NCBI GenBank assembly: GCA_964291285.2
Contig: OZ219787.1
Span: 1,984,001-2,048,000, forward strand
Reading direction: 5' to 3'
Length of the DNA: 64,000 nucleotides
DNA from: Alphaproteobacteria bacterium
Lineage (GTDB): Bacteria; Pseudomonadota; Alphaproteobacteria; Bin95
A program made the translations under genes and the position numbers. How positions within the stretch are numbered: the first letter of the stretch is position 1; each line of letters starts with the position of its first letter. The notes under the pieces were generated by a model. That model did not search any database. It had not been told where the DNA came from and saw only the letters and a list, made by a program, of their open reading frames with translations. Of this stretch, positions 11,917-22,592 are shown piece after piece.

Positions 11917-12945
11917 ATGAAGGCGTCGATCGGCGTCGGCGGCTACGACCGGAGCGGCGGCGTAGAGCTCACCGAATTCGTGCAGGAGGCCGAGCGGCTG
12001 GGCGTGGATACCGCCTGGTCCGCCGAGGCGTGGGGGGCGGATGCCGCAACGTCGCTCGCCTTCCTTGCCGGGCGGACGACGCGCATCCGGCTCGGCACAG
12101 GCATCATGCAGATCAGCGCCCGTGCGCCGTCCATGACCGCGATGACGGCGCTGTCGCTGCACCACCTCTCCGGCGGGCGCTTTGCGCTGGGCCTCGGCGT
12201 CAGCGGCCCGCAGGTGGTGGAAGGGCTGCACGGCGCGGCCTATGCCCGCCCGCTCTCGCGGCTCAGGGAGACGGTCGCCATCATGCGCATGGCCTTTGCG
12301 GGCGAGAAATTGCAGTTCGAGGGCGCGGAATACCGGCTGCCGCGGCCGGGCGGCGAGGGCAAGGCGATCCGGCTGGATTTCCCGCCGACGGAGATACCCA
12401 TCTACCTGGCGACGCTCGGGCCCCGGGCGCTGGAATATACCGGCGAGGCGGCCGACGGCTGGCTCGGCACCTCCTTCTCGCCCGACTATCCGCAAGCGCA
12501 TCTCGACTATCTCCGCCGGGGCGCCGAGCGCGCCGGACGCACGCTCTCGGACCTCGACCTTGAGGCAGCCTGCACGGTCGCCATCGGCGAGGATGTCGAG
12601 CGGATGATCGAGGACCGCCGCCCCGGCGTCGCCTTCCAGATGGGCGCCATGGGGTCCGCGCGCACCAACTTCTACAACGACGCCTTTCGCCGGGCGGGCT
12701 TCGAGGAGGACGCACGGGCGATCCAGCGGCTCTGGATCGAAGGCAAGCGCGAGGAAGCGGCGAAGCGGGTGCCGGACGAGATGATTACCGCCTTCGGCGC
12801 CATCGGCACGCCGGACATGGTGCGCGCCCGCTTCGAAGCCTACCGGGATTGCGGCATGGACGGCATCAACCTGCGCTTCGATGCGCGCCTCGGCCACGCG
12901 GCCAGGATCGCCCAGCTCGAACAGGCCATGGACCTCCTGCCATGA
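11917..12945 (+). CDS. Luciferase-like (LLM) oxidoreductase, F420-dependent-like subfamily
   Basis: [47 protein letters not shown]. Confidence 0.85.
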   Translation: MKASIGVGGYDRSGGVELTEFVQEAERLGVDTAWSAEAWGADAATSLAFLAGRTTRIRLGTGIMQISARAPSMTAMTALSLHHLSGGRFALGLGVSGPQVVEGLHGAAYARPLSRLRETVAIMRMAFAGEKLQFEGAEYRLPRPGGEGKAIRLDFPPTEIPIYLATLGPRALEYTGEAADGWLGTSFSPDYPQAHLDYLRRGAERAGRTLSDLDLEAACTVAIGEDVERMIEDRRPGVAFQMGAMGSARTNFYNDAFRRAGFEEDARAIQRLWIEGKREEAAKRVPDEMITAFGAIGTPDMVRARFEAYRDCGMDGINLRFDARLGHAARIAQLEQAMDLLP

Positions 12946-13634
12946 CGGCGCTCGTCCTGCTCCGACACGGCCAGAGCGTGTGGAACCGCGAGGACCGCTT
13001 CACCGGCTGGGTCGATGTGGACCTGACCGAAGCGGGCGTGGCGGAGGCCGAGCGCGCGGGGGATGCGCTCCGCGCCCACGGGTTCGATTTCGACATCGCC
13101 TACACCTCGGTGCTGAAACGCGCCGTGCGCACACTCTGGATCGCGCTCGACCGCATGGATCGCATGTGGCTGCCGGTGATCCGCGACTGGCGGCTGAACG
13201 AACGCCATTACGGCGGGCTCACCGGCCTCAACAAGCAGGAGATGCGCGAGCTTCACGGCGAGGAGCAGGTGCATATCTGGCGGCGGAGCTTCGACACGCC
13301 GCCGCCCGCCCTCGAACGCTCGGACCCGCGCTGGCGGGAACAGGCGGCCGACCGGCGTTATGCCGGTGTGCCCGGCGGGGTGCCGACCTACGAGACGCTG
13401 AAGCTCACCATCGAGCGGGTCCGGCCCTATTGGGACGCCGAGATCGCGCCCAGGGTCCGGCGCGGCGAGCGGGTGCTGGTCTCCGCGCACGGCAACTCGC
13501 TCCGCGCGCTCATCAAGCATCTCGAGGGCATTTCGGACGCGGACATCCCGTCCTTCGAAATCGCGACCGGCCGCCCGCGCGTCTATGAGCTCGACGACGG
13601 GCTGAAACCCGTCAACGTCTTCGACCTCGACTGA
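12942..13634 (+). CDS. gpmA: 2,3-bisphosphoglycerate-dependent phosphoglycerate mutase
   Basis: [44 protein letters not shown]. Confidence 0.96.
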   Translation: MTALVLLRHGQSVWNREDRFTGWVDVDLTEAGVAEAERAGDALRAHGFDFDIAYTSVLKRAVRTLWIALDRMDRMWLPVIRDWRLNERHYGGLTGLNKQEMRELHGEEQVHIWRRSFDTPPPALERSDPRWREQAADRRYAGVPGGVPTYETLKLTIERVRPYWDAEIAPRVRRGERVLVSAHGNSLRALIKHLEGISDADIPSFEIATGRPRVYELDDGLKPVNVFDLD

Positions 13635-13635
13635 G

Positions 13636-14424
13636 ATGCAACTCCGCCGCCGCCCGACCGTCGCCGTCCTGCCGCTTGCGGGCGTGATCGGCGTGCCGGG
13701 CCGCAGCGGCGCCCGCGCGCTCACCTATGAGGCGGTGGCGCCCGGAATCGAGCGCGCCTTCGGCTACAAGCGGCTGGCGGCCGTCGCGCTTTCGATCAAC
13801 AGCCCCGGCGGCAGCGCCGTCCAGTCCGCCCGGATCGCCGACCGCATCCGCAGGCTCGGCGAGGAGAAGGGTGTGCCGGTGCTGAGCTTCGTGGACGATG
13901 TCGGCGCGTCGGGCGGCTACTGGCTTGCCTGCGCCGGATCAGAAGTCTTTGTGCATCCGGCATCCATCCTCGGCTCCATCGGCGTCATCTCCGCCGGGTT
14001 CGGCTTCGACGGCGCGCTTGCGCGGCTTGGTATCGAGCGCCGGGTGCATGCGTTGGGCGAGCGCAAAGGGATGCTGGACCCGTTTCGGCCCGAAAAGCCG
14101 GAAGACGTCGAAACGCTGCGCGCCATGCAGGAAGACATCCACGGCGTCTTCATCGATTGGGTGCGCGAGCGCCGGGGCGTACGCCTGAAGGAGGAGGGGA
14201 ACGACCTCTTTTCCGGCAGGGTGTGGACCGGCCGGCAGGCGGTCGAGCTCGGCCTCGCCGACGGGCTGGGCGAGATGCGCCAGGTGGTCCGCGAGCGGTT
14301 CGGCAAGCGGGTCCGGCTGCGGGTGGCGTTGCGCCGCCGCCGGCGCTTTCCGCTGCTGCCGGCGCTGCCGGGCCTCGCCGATGCAGTCGAGGAGCGGTTG
14401 CTTTGGGCGCGCTACGGTCTATGA
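13636..14424 (+). CDS. S49 family peptidase (SppA-like)
   Basis: INSPGGSAVQS, ASGGYWLACA, SILGSIGVI, FSGRVWTGRQA. Confidence 0.9.
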   Translation: MQLRRRPTVAVLPLAGVIGVPGRSGARALTYEAVAPGIERAFGYKRLAAVALSINSPGGSAVQSARIADRIRRLGEEKGVPVLSFVDDVGASGGYWLACAGSEVFVHPASILGSIGVISAGFGFDGALARLGIERRVHALGERKGMLDPFRPEKPEDVETLRAMQEDIHGVFIDWVRERRGVRLKEEGNDLFSGRVWTGRQAVELGLADGLGEMRQVVRERFGKRVRLRVALRRRRRFPLLPALPGLADAVEERLLWARYGL

Positions 14425-14451
14425 AGGGGCCGGTGAAGGGAGAATCCGCCC

Positions 14452-14640
14452 ATGCTCTGGAAATTGCTGCTTCTCGCCGCCGTCATCGGGCTGGTGTTCT
14501 TCGGCTGGAAGCGGATCGAGGGCATGGCCCGCAAGGCCAACAAGCTCGTGAACAAGGTGCGGGACGAGCAGGACGCGGAGCCGATCGACCTCGAGCGCGA
14601 CCCGGAAAGCGGGTCCTACCGGAGGCGGGACCGGGACTGA
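14452..14640 (+). CDS. Small single-TM hypothetical protein
   Basis: Hydrophobic N-terminus, [12 protein letters not shown]-terminal motif, AGGGAG RBS, between sppA and glyQ. Confidence 0.6.
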   Translation: MLWKLLLLAAVIGLVFFGWKRIEGMARKANKLVNKVRDEQDAEPIDLERDPESGSYRRRDRD

Positions 14641-14689
14641 TGCGCACGCGCGTCGACGCAGACCGGCGCGCCCGGGCCGCGGCCGCGCC

Positions 14690-15568
14690 ATGACGCCCGC
14701 GCCCAGCTTCCAGGAACTGATCCTGGCGCTCCAGCGCTTCTGGGCGGGGCAGGGCTGCGCCGTGCTGCAGCCCTACGACATGCAGGTGGGGGCGGGCACC
14801 TTCCATCCGGCGACGACCTTGCGCTCGCTCGGGCCGGAGCCCTGGCGCACCGCCTATGTGCAGCCCTCGCGCCGCCCGACCGACGGGCGCTACGGCGAGA
14901 ACCCCAACCGGCTCCAGCACTACTACCAGTTCCAGGTGCTGCTGAAGCCGAGCCCGCCGGACATTCTGGACCTCTATTTCGCCTCGCTGGCGGAAATCGG
15001 CATCGACGCGCGCGAGCACGACCTGCGGCTGGTCGAGGACGACTGGGAGAGCCCGACGCTCGGCGCCTGGGGCCTCGGCTGGGAGGTCTGGTGCGACGGC
15101 ATGGAGGTGAGCCAGTTCACCTATTTCCAGCAGGTCGGCGGCTATGACTGCAACCCGGTCTCGGGCGAGATCACCTACGGTCTGGAACGCCTCGCCATGT
15201 ATGTGCAGGGCGTCGAGAATGTCTACGACCTCGATTTCAACGGCGCGGGCCTCTCCTACGGCGACGTCTTCCACCAGGCCGAGCGGGAGTTCTCGGCCTA
15301 CAATTTCGAACATGCGGACACCGACGCGCTGTTCCGCCATTTCGCCGACGCGGAACGGCAATGCGCGGCGCTGGTGGAGGCGGGGCTGGCGCTGCCGGCT
15401 TACGACCAGTGCATTCTGGCAAGCCACGCCTTCAACATGCTGGACGCGCGCGGCGTCGTCAGCGTGACCGAGCGGGCGGCCTATATCGGGCGGGTGCGCG
15501 CGCTTGCGCGGGCCTCGGCCGGCGTCTGGCTCCGCTCCCGCGGCCACCTGGACAAGGCGGCGGCATGA
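14690..15568 (+). CDS. glyQ: Glycine--tRNA ligase alpha subunit
   Basis: [42 protein letters not shown]. Confidence 0.98.
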   Translation: MTPAPSFQELILALQRFWAGQGCAVLQPYDMQVGAGTFHPATTLRSLGPEPWRTAYVQPSRRPTDGRYGENPNRLQHYYQFQVLLKPSPPDILDLYFASLAEIGIDAREHDLRLVEDDWESPTLGAWGLGWEVWCDGMEVSQFTYFQQVGGYDCNPVSGEITYGLERLAMYVQGVENVYDLDFNGAGLSYGDVFHQAEREFSAYNFEHADTDALFRHFADAERQCAALVEAGLALPAYDQCILASHAFNMLDARGVVSVTERAAYIGRVRALARASAGVWLRSRGHLDKAAA

Positions 15569-17616
15569 GCGAGCTGCTCGTCGAACTGCTGTCGGAGGAG
15601 ATTCCGGCCCGGATGCAGGACCGCGCGCGGCGCGATTTCGAACGCCTTGTGCTGGACGGGCTGAAAGAAGCCGACCTCGCACACGGAAGCTCGCGGGCCT
15701 TCGCCACGCCGCGCCGGATCGCGCTGGTCGTCGAGGGCCTGCCGGACCGCCAGCCGGACCGCACCGAGGAGCGCAAGGGCCCCCGCGTCGGCGCGCCGGA
15801 CCGGGCGGTGGAGGGCTTCCTGAAGGCGGCCGGCCTCGCCAGCCTCGACGAGTGCGAGCGCCGGCGGCAAGGCAAGGCCGAGTTCTGGTTCGCCGTGCGC
15901 AAGGTGCCGGGCCGTCCGGCGCGCGAGGTGCTGGCGGAGATCGTGGCGGATGCGGTGGGCGGCCTCGCCTGGCCCAAATCCATGCGCTGGGGCGATGCGC
16001 CGATGCGCTATGTGCGCCCGCTGCGCGGCGTGCTGGCGGTGTTCGCCGGCAAACCGCTGCCCGGCGGCATAGAGGTCGGCGGCACGGAAGGGCGGCTCGA
16101 CTTCTCGAATCGCACACAGGGCCACCGCTTCATGGCGCCGAAGGCCTTCCCGGTCGCCGGCTTTGCCGATTACGAGGCGAAGCTGCGGGCGGCCTTCGTG
16201 CTGATCGATGCGGAAGAGCGCATGCAGCACATCCGGGAGGGAGCGCCGGAGGGAGTGCGCCTCTCCGAACACCTGCTGGCCGAGAATGCGGGCCTCACCG
16301 AATGGCCGGTGCCGGGCGTCGGCGGTTTCGATCCTGCCTTTCTCGAACTGCCGCCCGAGGTGCTGGTGACGAGCATGGAGTCGCATCAGCGCTATTTCCC
16401 GGTGGAGGACGAGGCGGGCGGGCTCGCGCCGCGCTTCCTGTTCGTCGCCAATATCGAGGCGCCCGACGGCAATGCGGCGGTCCGGGCCGGAAACGAACGC
16501 GTACTGCGTGCGCGTCTCGCCGACGCGAGGTTCTTCTGGGAACAGGACCGTTTGCGCCTGCTGGAAGACCGCCTGCCCATGCTCGACAAGGTGGTGTTCC
16601 ACGCGAAGCTCGGCAGCATCGGCGACAAGGTCCGGCGTCTGGAGCGGCTGGCGGAACGGCTGGCTCCCTTCGTCCCCGGCGCCGACCTTGTCCGTTGCCG
16701 GCAGGCCGTGCGCCTCGCCAAGGCCGACCTCGTGACGGGCATGGTCGGCGAGTTTCCCGAATTGCAGGGCGCGATGGGCCGCTATTACGCGCTCGGCGAG
16801 GGGCTGGACACCGAAGTGGCCGATGCGGTGGCGGCGCATTACCGCCCGCAGGGGCCCGGCGACGAAGCCCCGAATGCGCCGGTGTCCATCGCCGCGGCGT
16901 TGGCAGACAAGTTCGACACGCTCGCCGGGTTCTTCTCCATCGACGAGCGGCCGACGGGTTCGCGCGACCCGTTCGCGCTCCGCCGCGCGGCGCTCGGCAT
17001 CGTGCGCATCGTGCTGGAGAACGGCCTGCGCCTTCCGCTGCGCCCCGCGATTGCGGCGGCGCTGGAGGGCTACGGAACGGACGAGGGCGGCGAGGCGCTG
17101 TTCGCCTTTTTCGAGGACCGCCTCAAGGCGCATCTGCGCGAGCGCGGCGCAAGGCATGACCTTGTGTCCGCCGTCTTTGCGCTCGGTACCGAGGACGACC
17201 TGACCCGTCTGATGGCGCGCGTCTCCTTCCTCGAACGCTTCGTGGACGAGGAGGACGGCGCCAACCTGCTGGCCGCCTGCAAGCGCGCCGGCAGCATCCT
17301 CGCCATCGAGGAGAAGAAGGACAGCGCCTCCTACGGCGCGGATCCCGACCCGTCGGCCTTTGCCGTCGAGGCGGAACGCGCCCTGCACGCGGCGCTCGCG
17401 GAGGCCAGCACGGCGGCCTCCCGCGCGGTCGAGGCCGAGGACTTCTCCGCTGCAACACAGGCGCTGGCGACATTGCGCGCGCCGGTGGACCGGTTCTTCG
17501 ACGAGGTGACGGTCAATGCCGACGATGCCGCGCTTCGGGCCAACCGGCTCCGGCTGCTCGCCGGCATCCGCGCCGCGACCGCAGGCGTTGCGGACTTCTC
17601 CCGGATAGAGGGCTGA
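15565..17616 (+). CDS. glyS: Glycine--tRNA ligase beta subunit
   Basis: [50 protein letters not shown]. Confidence 0.97.
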   Translation: MSELLVELLSEEIPARMQDRARRDFERLVLDGLKEADLAHGSSRAFATPRRIALVVEGLPDRQPDRTEERKGPRVGAPDRAVEGFLKAAGLASLDECERRRQGKAEFWFAVRKVPGRPAREVLAEIVADAVGGLAWPKSMRWGDAPMRYVRPLRGVLAVFAGKPLPGGIEVGGTEGRLDFSNRTQGHRFMAPKAFPVAGFADYEAKLRAAFVLIDAEERMQHIREGAPEGVRLSEHLLAENAGLTEWPVPGVGGFDPAFLELPPEVLVTSMESHQRYFPVEDEAGGLAPRFLFVANIEAPDGNAAVRAGNERVLRARLADARFFWEQDRLRLLEDRLPMLDKVVFHAKLGSIGDKVRRLERLAERLAPFVPGADLVRCRQAVRLAKADLVTGMVGEFPELQGAMGRYYALGEGLDTEVADAVAAHYRPQGPGDEAPNAPVSIAAALADKFDTLAGFFSIDERPTGSRDPFALRRAALGIVRIVLENGLRLPLRPAIAAALEGYGTDEGGEALFAFFEDRLKAHLRERGARHDLVSAVFALGTEDDLTRLMARVSFLERFVDEEDGANLLAACKRAGSILAIEEKKDSASYGADPDPSAFAVEAERALHAALAEASTAASRAVEAEDFSAATQALATLRAPVDRFFDEVTVNADDAALRANRLRLLAGIRAATAGVADFSRIEG

Positions 17617-17619
17617 GGC

Positions 17620-20286
17620 ATGGCCCGCTGGGTTTACGCCTTCGGCGGCGAGCGGACCGACGGGCGCGCGGAGATGAACGCGCTTTTGGGCGGCAAGGGC
17701 GCCAATCTCGCGGAGATGGCGCGGCTCGGCCTGCCGGTGCCGCCGGGTTTCACCCTCACCACGGAGGTCTGCACGCGGTTCTACGCCGACGGCGAACGCT
17801 ATCCCGACGGGTTGGAAGAGCAGGTCGAGGCGGCTTTGGCGGAAGTGGAGGCGGCCGTCGGCAGGCGCTTCGGCGGCGAGGCGGACCCGCTTCTGGTCTC
17901 GGTGCGCTCGGGCGCGCGGGTGTCCATGCCCGGCATGATGGACACGGTGCTCAATCTCGGCCTGAACGACCGGACGGTGGAGGCGCTCACGGCGAGCTCC
18001 GGCGACCGGCGCTTCGCCTTCGACAGCTACCGGCGCTTCGTCCAGATGTTCGCCGATGTGGCGCTGGGCGTGGACCGGGGCTTGTTCGAGGAAGAGATCG
18101 AGATCCTGAAGGACGAGAAGGGCGTGGACGCCGACGCCGATCTCGACGCGGGCGACTGGAGCAGCCTCGTCGCCCGCTTCAAGGAGATCGTGCTGGAGGA
18201 GACCGGCGCGCCCTTCCCGCAGGAGCCGCGCGCCCAGCTTTGGGAGGCCATAGGCGCGGTGATGCGAAGCTGGCAGACGCCGCGCGCGCGGACCTACCGC
18301 CGCCTGCACGGCATTCCCGAGGAGTGGGGCACGGGCGTCAATGTGCAGGCCATGGTGTTCGGCAATATGGGCGAGGACTGCGCCACGGGCGTCGCCTTCA
18401 CCCGCAATCCCTCCACCGGCGAGAATGCGCTTTACGGGGAATATCTGGTCAACGCCCAGGGCGAGGACGTGGTGGCCGGCATACGCACGCCGCAGAGCCT
18501 GACAGTGGCGGATGCGGAAGCGCGCGGCTCGACCCTGCCGCCGATGGAGCGCGCCATGCCGGAGGCGTTCGCCCGGCTCATGGAGATGCGCGACCGGCTG
18601 GAACGCCACTTCCATGACATGCAGGACATCGAGTTCACCGTCGAGACGGGCCGGCTCTGGATGCTCCAGACGCGCTCGGGCAAGCGCACCGCCCAGGCCG
18701 CGCTGCAGATCGCCGTCGATCTGGTGGATGAAGGAACCATCGGGCCGGACGAGGCGGTCATGCGGGTCGAGCCGCAGGCGCTGGAGCAGCTTCTGCATCC
18801 GACGCTCGACCCCGATGCCGAACGCGATGTGATCGCGCGCGGCCTGCCGGCCTCGCCCGGCGCGGCCTCCGGCCGGATCGTCTTCACCGCGGATGCCGCC
18901 GAGCAGGCGGCCGCGAATGGCGAGGCGGTCATCCTGGTGCGCAGCGAGACCAGCCCCGAGGACATTCACGGGATGCATGCAGCGCGGGGTATCCTCACTT
19001 CGCGCGGCGGCATGACGAGCCATGCGGCGGTGGTCGCGCGCGGCATGGGACGGGCCTGCGTTTCAGGCGCGGGCGCGGTCAGGATCGATGTCGAGGACGG
19101 GGTCATGCTTGCGGGCGGGCGGACCTTCAAGACCGAAGACCGGATCACCATAGACGGCGGCACCGGCGAGGTGATGGCGGGCGAGATCGCCACCATCCAG
19201 CCGGAGGTGACCGGCGGTTTCGCGCGGCTGATGGAATGGGCGGACGATGCGCGGCGGCTCCGGGTGCGCGCCAATGCGGAGACGCCCCGCGACGCCGAGG
19301 CCGCGCGCGCCTTCGGCGCCGAGGGCATCGGGCTCTGCCGCACCGAGCACATGTTCTTCGACGCGGGCCGCATCCTCGCCATGCGCGAAATGATCCTGGC
19401 CGACGACGAGGCCGGGCGCCGCGCCGCGCTCGCCAAGCTGCTGCCGATGCAGCGGCAGGATTTCGCCGACCTGTTCCGGATCATGGACGGCCTGCCGGTG
19501 ACGATCCGGCTGCTGGACCCGCCGCTGCACGAATTCCTGCCGCGCACCGAGGAGGAGACCGCCGAGGTGGCCGAGGCCGCCGGGGTCGATGCGGTGAAGC
19601 TGCGCCGCCGCGCGCTGCGCCTGGAAGAAGCCAACCCGATGCTCGGCCATCGCGGTTGCCGGCTCGGCATCACCTGGCCCGAAATCTACGAGATGCAGGC
19701 CCGCGCGATCTTCGAGGCCGCCGCCGAAACCGGGGCCGAGCCCGAGGTCATGGTGCCGCTGGTCGCGGCCGGCAGCGAGCTCGAACGCATCGGGGCGGTG
19801 ATCGACCGGACGGCGGCGATGGTTGCGGAAGAGACGGGCAGGGCGCTCGCCTACAGCACCGGCACGATGATCGAGCTGCCGCGCGCCGCGCTCAGGGCTG
19901 CCGAGATCGCCGCCGCCGCGGAGTTCTTCTCCTTCGGCACCAACGACCTGACGCAGACCGCCTTCGGCATTTCCCGCGACGACGCCGGCTCTTTCCTGGG
20001 CGCCTATCGCGACAGCGGCATCCTGGCGAACGACCCGTTCGAGACGCTGGACATCGAAGGCGTGGGCGAGCTGGTGCGCCTCGCCGCCGAACGCGGCCGG
20101 GCCACGCGGCCGGACCTCAAGCTCGGCATCTGCGGCGAGCATGGCGGCGACCCGGCCTCGGTCGCCTTCTGCCACGAAATCGGCCTCGACTACGTCTCCT
20201 GCTCTCCCTACCGCGTCCCCGTAGCCCGGCTCGCCGCCGCCCAGGCCGCGCTGGCTGCGGGGGAGGAGAGCGGGGAAGAGGGATAG
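17620..20286 (+). CDS. ppdK: Pyruvate, phosphate dikinase
   Basis: LLGGKGANLAEM, SMPGMMDTVLNLG, GGMTSHAAVVARG, GIGLCRTEHMF, FSFGTNDLTQ. Confidence 0.98.
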   Translation: MARWVYAFGGERTDGRAEMNALLGGKGANLAEMARLGLPVPPGFTLTTEVCTRFYADGERYPDGLEEQVEAALAEVEAAVGRRFGGEADPLLVSVRSGARVSMPGMMDTVLNLGLNDRTVEALTASSGDRRFAFDSYRRFVQMFADVALGVDRGLFEEEIEILKDEKGVDADADLDAGDWSSLVARFKEIVLEETGAPFPQEPRAQLWEAIGAVMRSWQTPRARTYRRLHGIPEEWGTGVNVQAMVFGNMGEDCATGVAFTRNPSTGENALYGEYLVNAQGEDVVAGIRTPQSLTVADAEARGSTLPPMERAMPEAFARLMEMRDRLERHFHDMQDIEFTVETGRLWMLQTRSGKRTAQAALQIAVDLVDEGTIGPDEAVMRVEPQALEQLLHPTLDPDAERDVIARGLPASPGAASGRIVFTADAAEQAAANGEAVILVRSETSPEDIHGMHAARGILTSRGGMTSHAAVVARGMGRACVSGAGAVRIDVEDGVMLAGGRTFKTEDRITIDGGTGEVMAGEIATIQPEVTGGFARLMEWADDARRLRVRANAETPRDAEAARAFGAEGIGLCRTEHMFFDAGRILAMREMILADDEAGRRAALAKLLPMQRQDFADLFRIMDGLPVTIRLLDPPLHEFLPRTEEETAEVAEAAGVDAVKLRRRALRLEEANPMLGHRGCRLGITWPEIYEMQARAIFEAAAETGAEPEVMVPLVAAGSELERIGAVIDRTAAMVAEETGRALAYSTGTMIELPRAALRAAEIAAAAEFFSFGTNDLTQTAFGISRDDAGSFLGAYRDSGILANDPFETLDIEGVGELVRLAAERGRATRPDLKLGICGEHGGDPASVAFCHEIGLDYVSCSPYRVPVARLAAAQAALAAGEESGEEG

Positions 20287-20373
20287 GCGCGGGCGGGGCG
20301 GCGGGTTGCCGTGCGCCGCTCTCCGTCACCCCGCCCTCATCCCAACAGCGGCGCCAGCCCGGCCGCTTCCCAC

Positions 20374-20513
20374 CCCTCATCCTGAGTAGCGCCGCTTCCG
20401 GCGTCAGCCGGGAGCGGCGCGTATCGAAGGACCGTCCCCGCCGTCCCCTTCGACAAGCTCAGGACAGGCTTTCGATACGCGCCCGCTGACGCGGCCGCTA
20501 CTCAGGATGAGGG
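20374..20513. repeat. Palindromic REP/MITE-like element, copy 1
   Basis: 18-bp perfect terminal IR CCCTCATCCTGAGTAGCG / CGCTACTCAGGATGAGGG, inner IR GCGTATCGAA / TTCGATACGC, nested CCTTCGACAAGCTCAGG. Confidence 0.85.
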
Positions 20514-20587
20514 AGTTGGCGGCCCCATGTCGTCGCTCCGGAGCCCGCTGCGAGGCCTTGTGCGGATAGGGCGACGGTGGGGGAATC

Positions 20588-20842
20588 TCACGAAGCTTCG
20601 CGCACATGAACGCGGTCATGGACCCGGTCTCCCGCGACAGAGCGGTGGGCGAACAGGAGGCACGCCTGGATATCCTCCGGGGTCAGGTCGGGATATTCCT
20701 CCAGTATCGTTTCCGCGCTGTCCCCGGCGGCCAGCATTCCGAGCACATGCTCCACGGCAATTCGCATGTCGCGGACCAGCGGCTTTCCGCCGAAGACATC
20801 CGAGCGCACCGTGATTCGCGCCAGCAATTCCGCGTCGGTCAT
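20588..20842 (-). CDS. DUF433 domain protein (antitoxin-like)
   Basis: RITVRSDVFGGKPLVRDMRIAVEHVLGMLAAG..EEYPDLTPEDIQACLLFA. Confidence 0.9.
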   Translation of the reverse strand: MTDAELLARITVRSDVFGGKPLVRDMRIAVEHVLGMLAAGDSAETILEEYPDLTPEDIQACLLFAHRSVAGDRVHDRVHVREAS

Positions 20843-21019
20843 GGTTCCGCTCCGACCGTTCGACCCGGCTCCGGGCGAGCGGCGTCCGGGTTGCGCGCCC
20901 GGGCAGCCGCGCCCTGCGGGACCCAGACTAGCACACCCGGAGGTTCGTTTGCCGCAAGCTCTTCGCTTCAGGCAGAACCGCACCCTCTATATGGCCGGAA
21001 CAGGCCGCGGGTTGCGCGG

Positions 21020-22069
21020 TTACTGCGCGCGGCCGAGATTGTATTTCATGATCCGGCCGTGGCGGCCGGACCTGTCGCCCTCCAACTCGTAGATGCCGCC
21101 GTTCGGGCCGCGGCGGCGCGCGAGCACGGCGTCGATGGCGAAGCGGTCGTCCCGGTCGAGCTCCAGGTCGAAGATGGATACCGTCTCCGCAAGGCGGCCG
21201 GCAGTGCGCGCGCCGATGATGACGGCGCCGACCTGCGGCCGATCCAGCACCCAGCGGGCGGCGACGGCGCCGATGGCCGCTCCGTGCTTCAGGGCGACGG
21301 CCGCCAGCGCCTCCATCAGCTGCTGGAACAGCGCCCAACCGCCGAACTCGTCGATGATGAGCCGGTATTTGACCAGCGAGCGGTTAGCAAATTCGTATCC
21401 CGGATCGGCGGCGCCGAGCCAGCGCCCGGTCAGGAAGCCGCCGGCAAGCGTCCCGTAACACAGCATCTTCATCCGGTTCCCGGCGCACCAGCGCGCGAAG
21501 GCGCCCGCCGGCCGGTTGTCGAGCAGGGAATACTGGACCTGCGTCGAAACCAGGTCGAAACCCGCATCGATGAAGGGCTGCATCGCCGCTTCGCTCCAGT
21601 TGTTGACGCCGAGCAGCCCGATCTTTCCCTTTCGCTGAATGTCCTTCAGGCAGGACAGGACCTCGTAGGGGCGACCGCGCGCCAGGTCCCACCAGTAGAA
21701 CTGGACCAGCGGCAACCGCTCCAGGCGCAGCCGTTTCAGCGACCTGTCGACGATCGCCTCGACGCCGGCGGGCGAGATCGTCTCCAGCCGGTCGAGGTCG
21801 GGCACCAGCTTGGTGTGCACCTTGATCGCGTCGGCCGCCTCCGGGCCGCGGGTCCGGCGCACGCGCTCGATGAACTCGCCGATCATCTCCTCCACGCCGG
21901 TATAGATGTCGGCGCAGTCGAAGGCGGTGATGCCGGCGTCGAGGAAGCGTTCCATGTCGGCGACCGCCCGCGCGCGGTCTACGGGGCCGTGGTCGCCCGC
22001 CAGTTGCCAGCCGCCCTTTATGACGGGCGCGAACTCGTAGCCCGGCCAAAGCGATACCGGCCTAACCAC
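21020..22069 (-). CDS. Aldo/keto reductase
   Basis: GGWQLAG, FDCADIYTGVE, VHTKLVP, QVQYSLLD, YGTLAGGFL. Confidence 0.9.
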   Translation of the reverse strand: MVRPVSLWPGYEFAPVIKGGWQLAGDHGPVDRARAVADMERFLDAGITAFDCADIYTGVEEMIGEFIERVRRTRGPEAADAIKVHTKLVPDLDRLETISPAGVEAIVDRSLKRLRLERLPLVQFYWWDLARGRPYEVLSCLKDIQRKGKIGLLGVNNWSEAAMQPFIDAGFDLVSTQVQYSLLDNRPAGAFARWCAGNRMKMLCYGTLAGGFLTGRWLGAADPGYEFANRSLVKYRLIIDEFGGWALFQQLMEALAAVALKHGAAIGAVAARWVLDRPQVGAVIIGARTAGRLAETVSIFDLELDRDDRFAIDAVLARRRGPNGGIYELEGDRSGRHGRIMKYNLGRAQ

Positions 22070-22433
22070 AAGCTCCGTCCTTGCGCCACCAGGGCGTGCC
22101 CCGCGCCTCCGGAAGGCCGGTCGTTTCCGCGTGGGTGAAGCGGCGCTTCCCCAGGCGCGTGATGCGGAAGCGCCCGCCGCAATGCGGGTCGGGGCAGGCG
22201 ACCTCGGTATCCGTCGTCATCCAGTCGTTTTCGTCCGTGACCCGCTGCTTTGCGGGCAGCAGGGGCAGAATCGCGGCGAGCGGGAACATCGGGAAACGGT
22301 CGGTGCCGGAAAAGACGAGGGTCTCGCCCTCCACCGTGAAATAGGCGCCCTCGGGGTGGTTGCAGACCATCGGCCCGTCGCCGGCGACCACCTCCACCTT
22401 CAGGTCGTAAAGCTCGAACGGTCTTTCCGCCAA
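22062..22433 (-). CDS. TIGR04076-family protein
   Basis: FELYDLKVEV..MVCNH..LPLLPAKQR..DWMTTDTEVACPDPHCG; TTG start after GAAGGAAGG; overlaps the AKR start. Confidence 0.8.
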   Translation of the reverse strand: MAERPFELYDLKVEVVAGDGPMVCNHPEGAYFTVEGETLVFSGTDRFPMFPLAAILPLLPAKQRVTDENDWMTTDTEVACPDPHCGGRFRITRLGKRRFTHAETTGLPEARGTPWWRKDGACG

Positions 22434-22515
22434 TGTCCGCCCCCTTCCTTCGACGCCCGCCGCCGTTCCCGGCTCCCGGTCCAGCCTAACACATGCCGCC
22501 GCCAGCGCCGGAGGG

Positions 22516-22558
22516 TTGCAACGATCCCGGATGGATTTATTTTGTTCTTTATTTGTGC
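22516..22558 (+). promoter_or_regulatory. Putative sigma70 promoter with LexA-like box
   Basis: TTGCAA-N16-TATTTT followed by GTTC-TTTATTT-GTGC (22544-22558), one mismatch to GTTC-N7-GTTC, in an AT-rich patch. Confidence 0.5.
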
Positions 22559-22592
22559 TTTTATGTGTGAAATCGCAGCGGGAGGCGCCGGC

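Noticed and set aside
15481-19023. Very long minus-strand ORF (1180 aa) and similar long shadow ORFs (e.g. 24195-26420, 8674-10998)
   Set aside because: Antisense or off-frame shadows of well-supported genes, expected in high-GC DNA; no recognisable motifs
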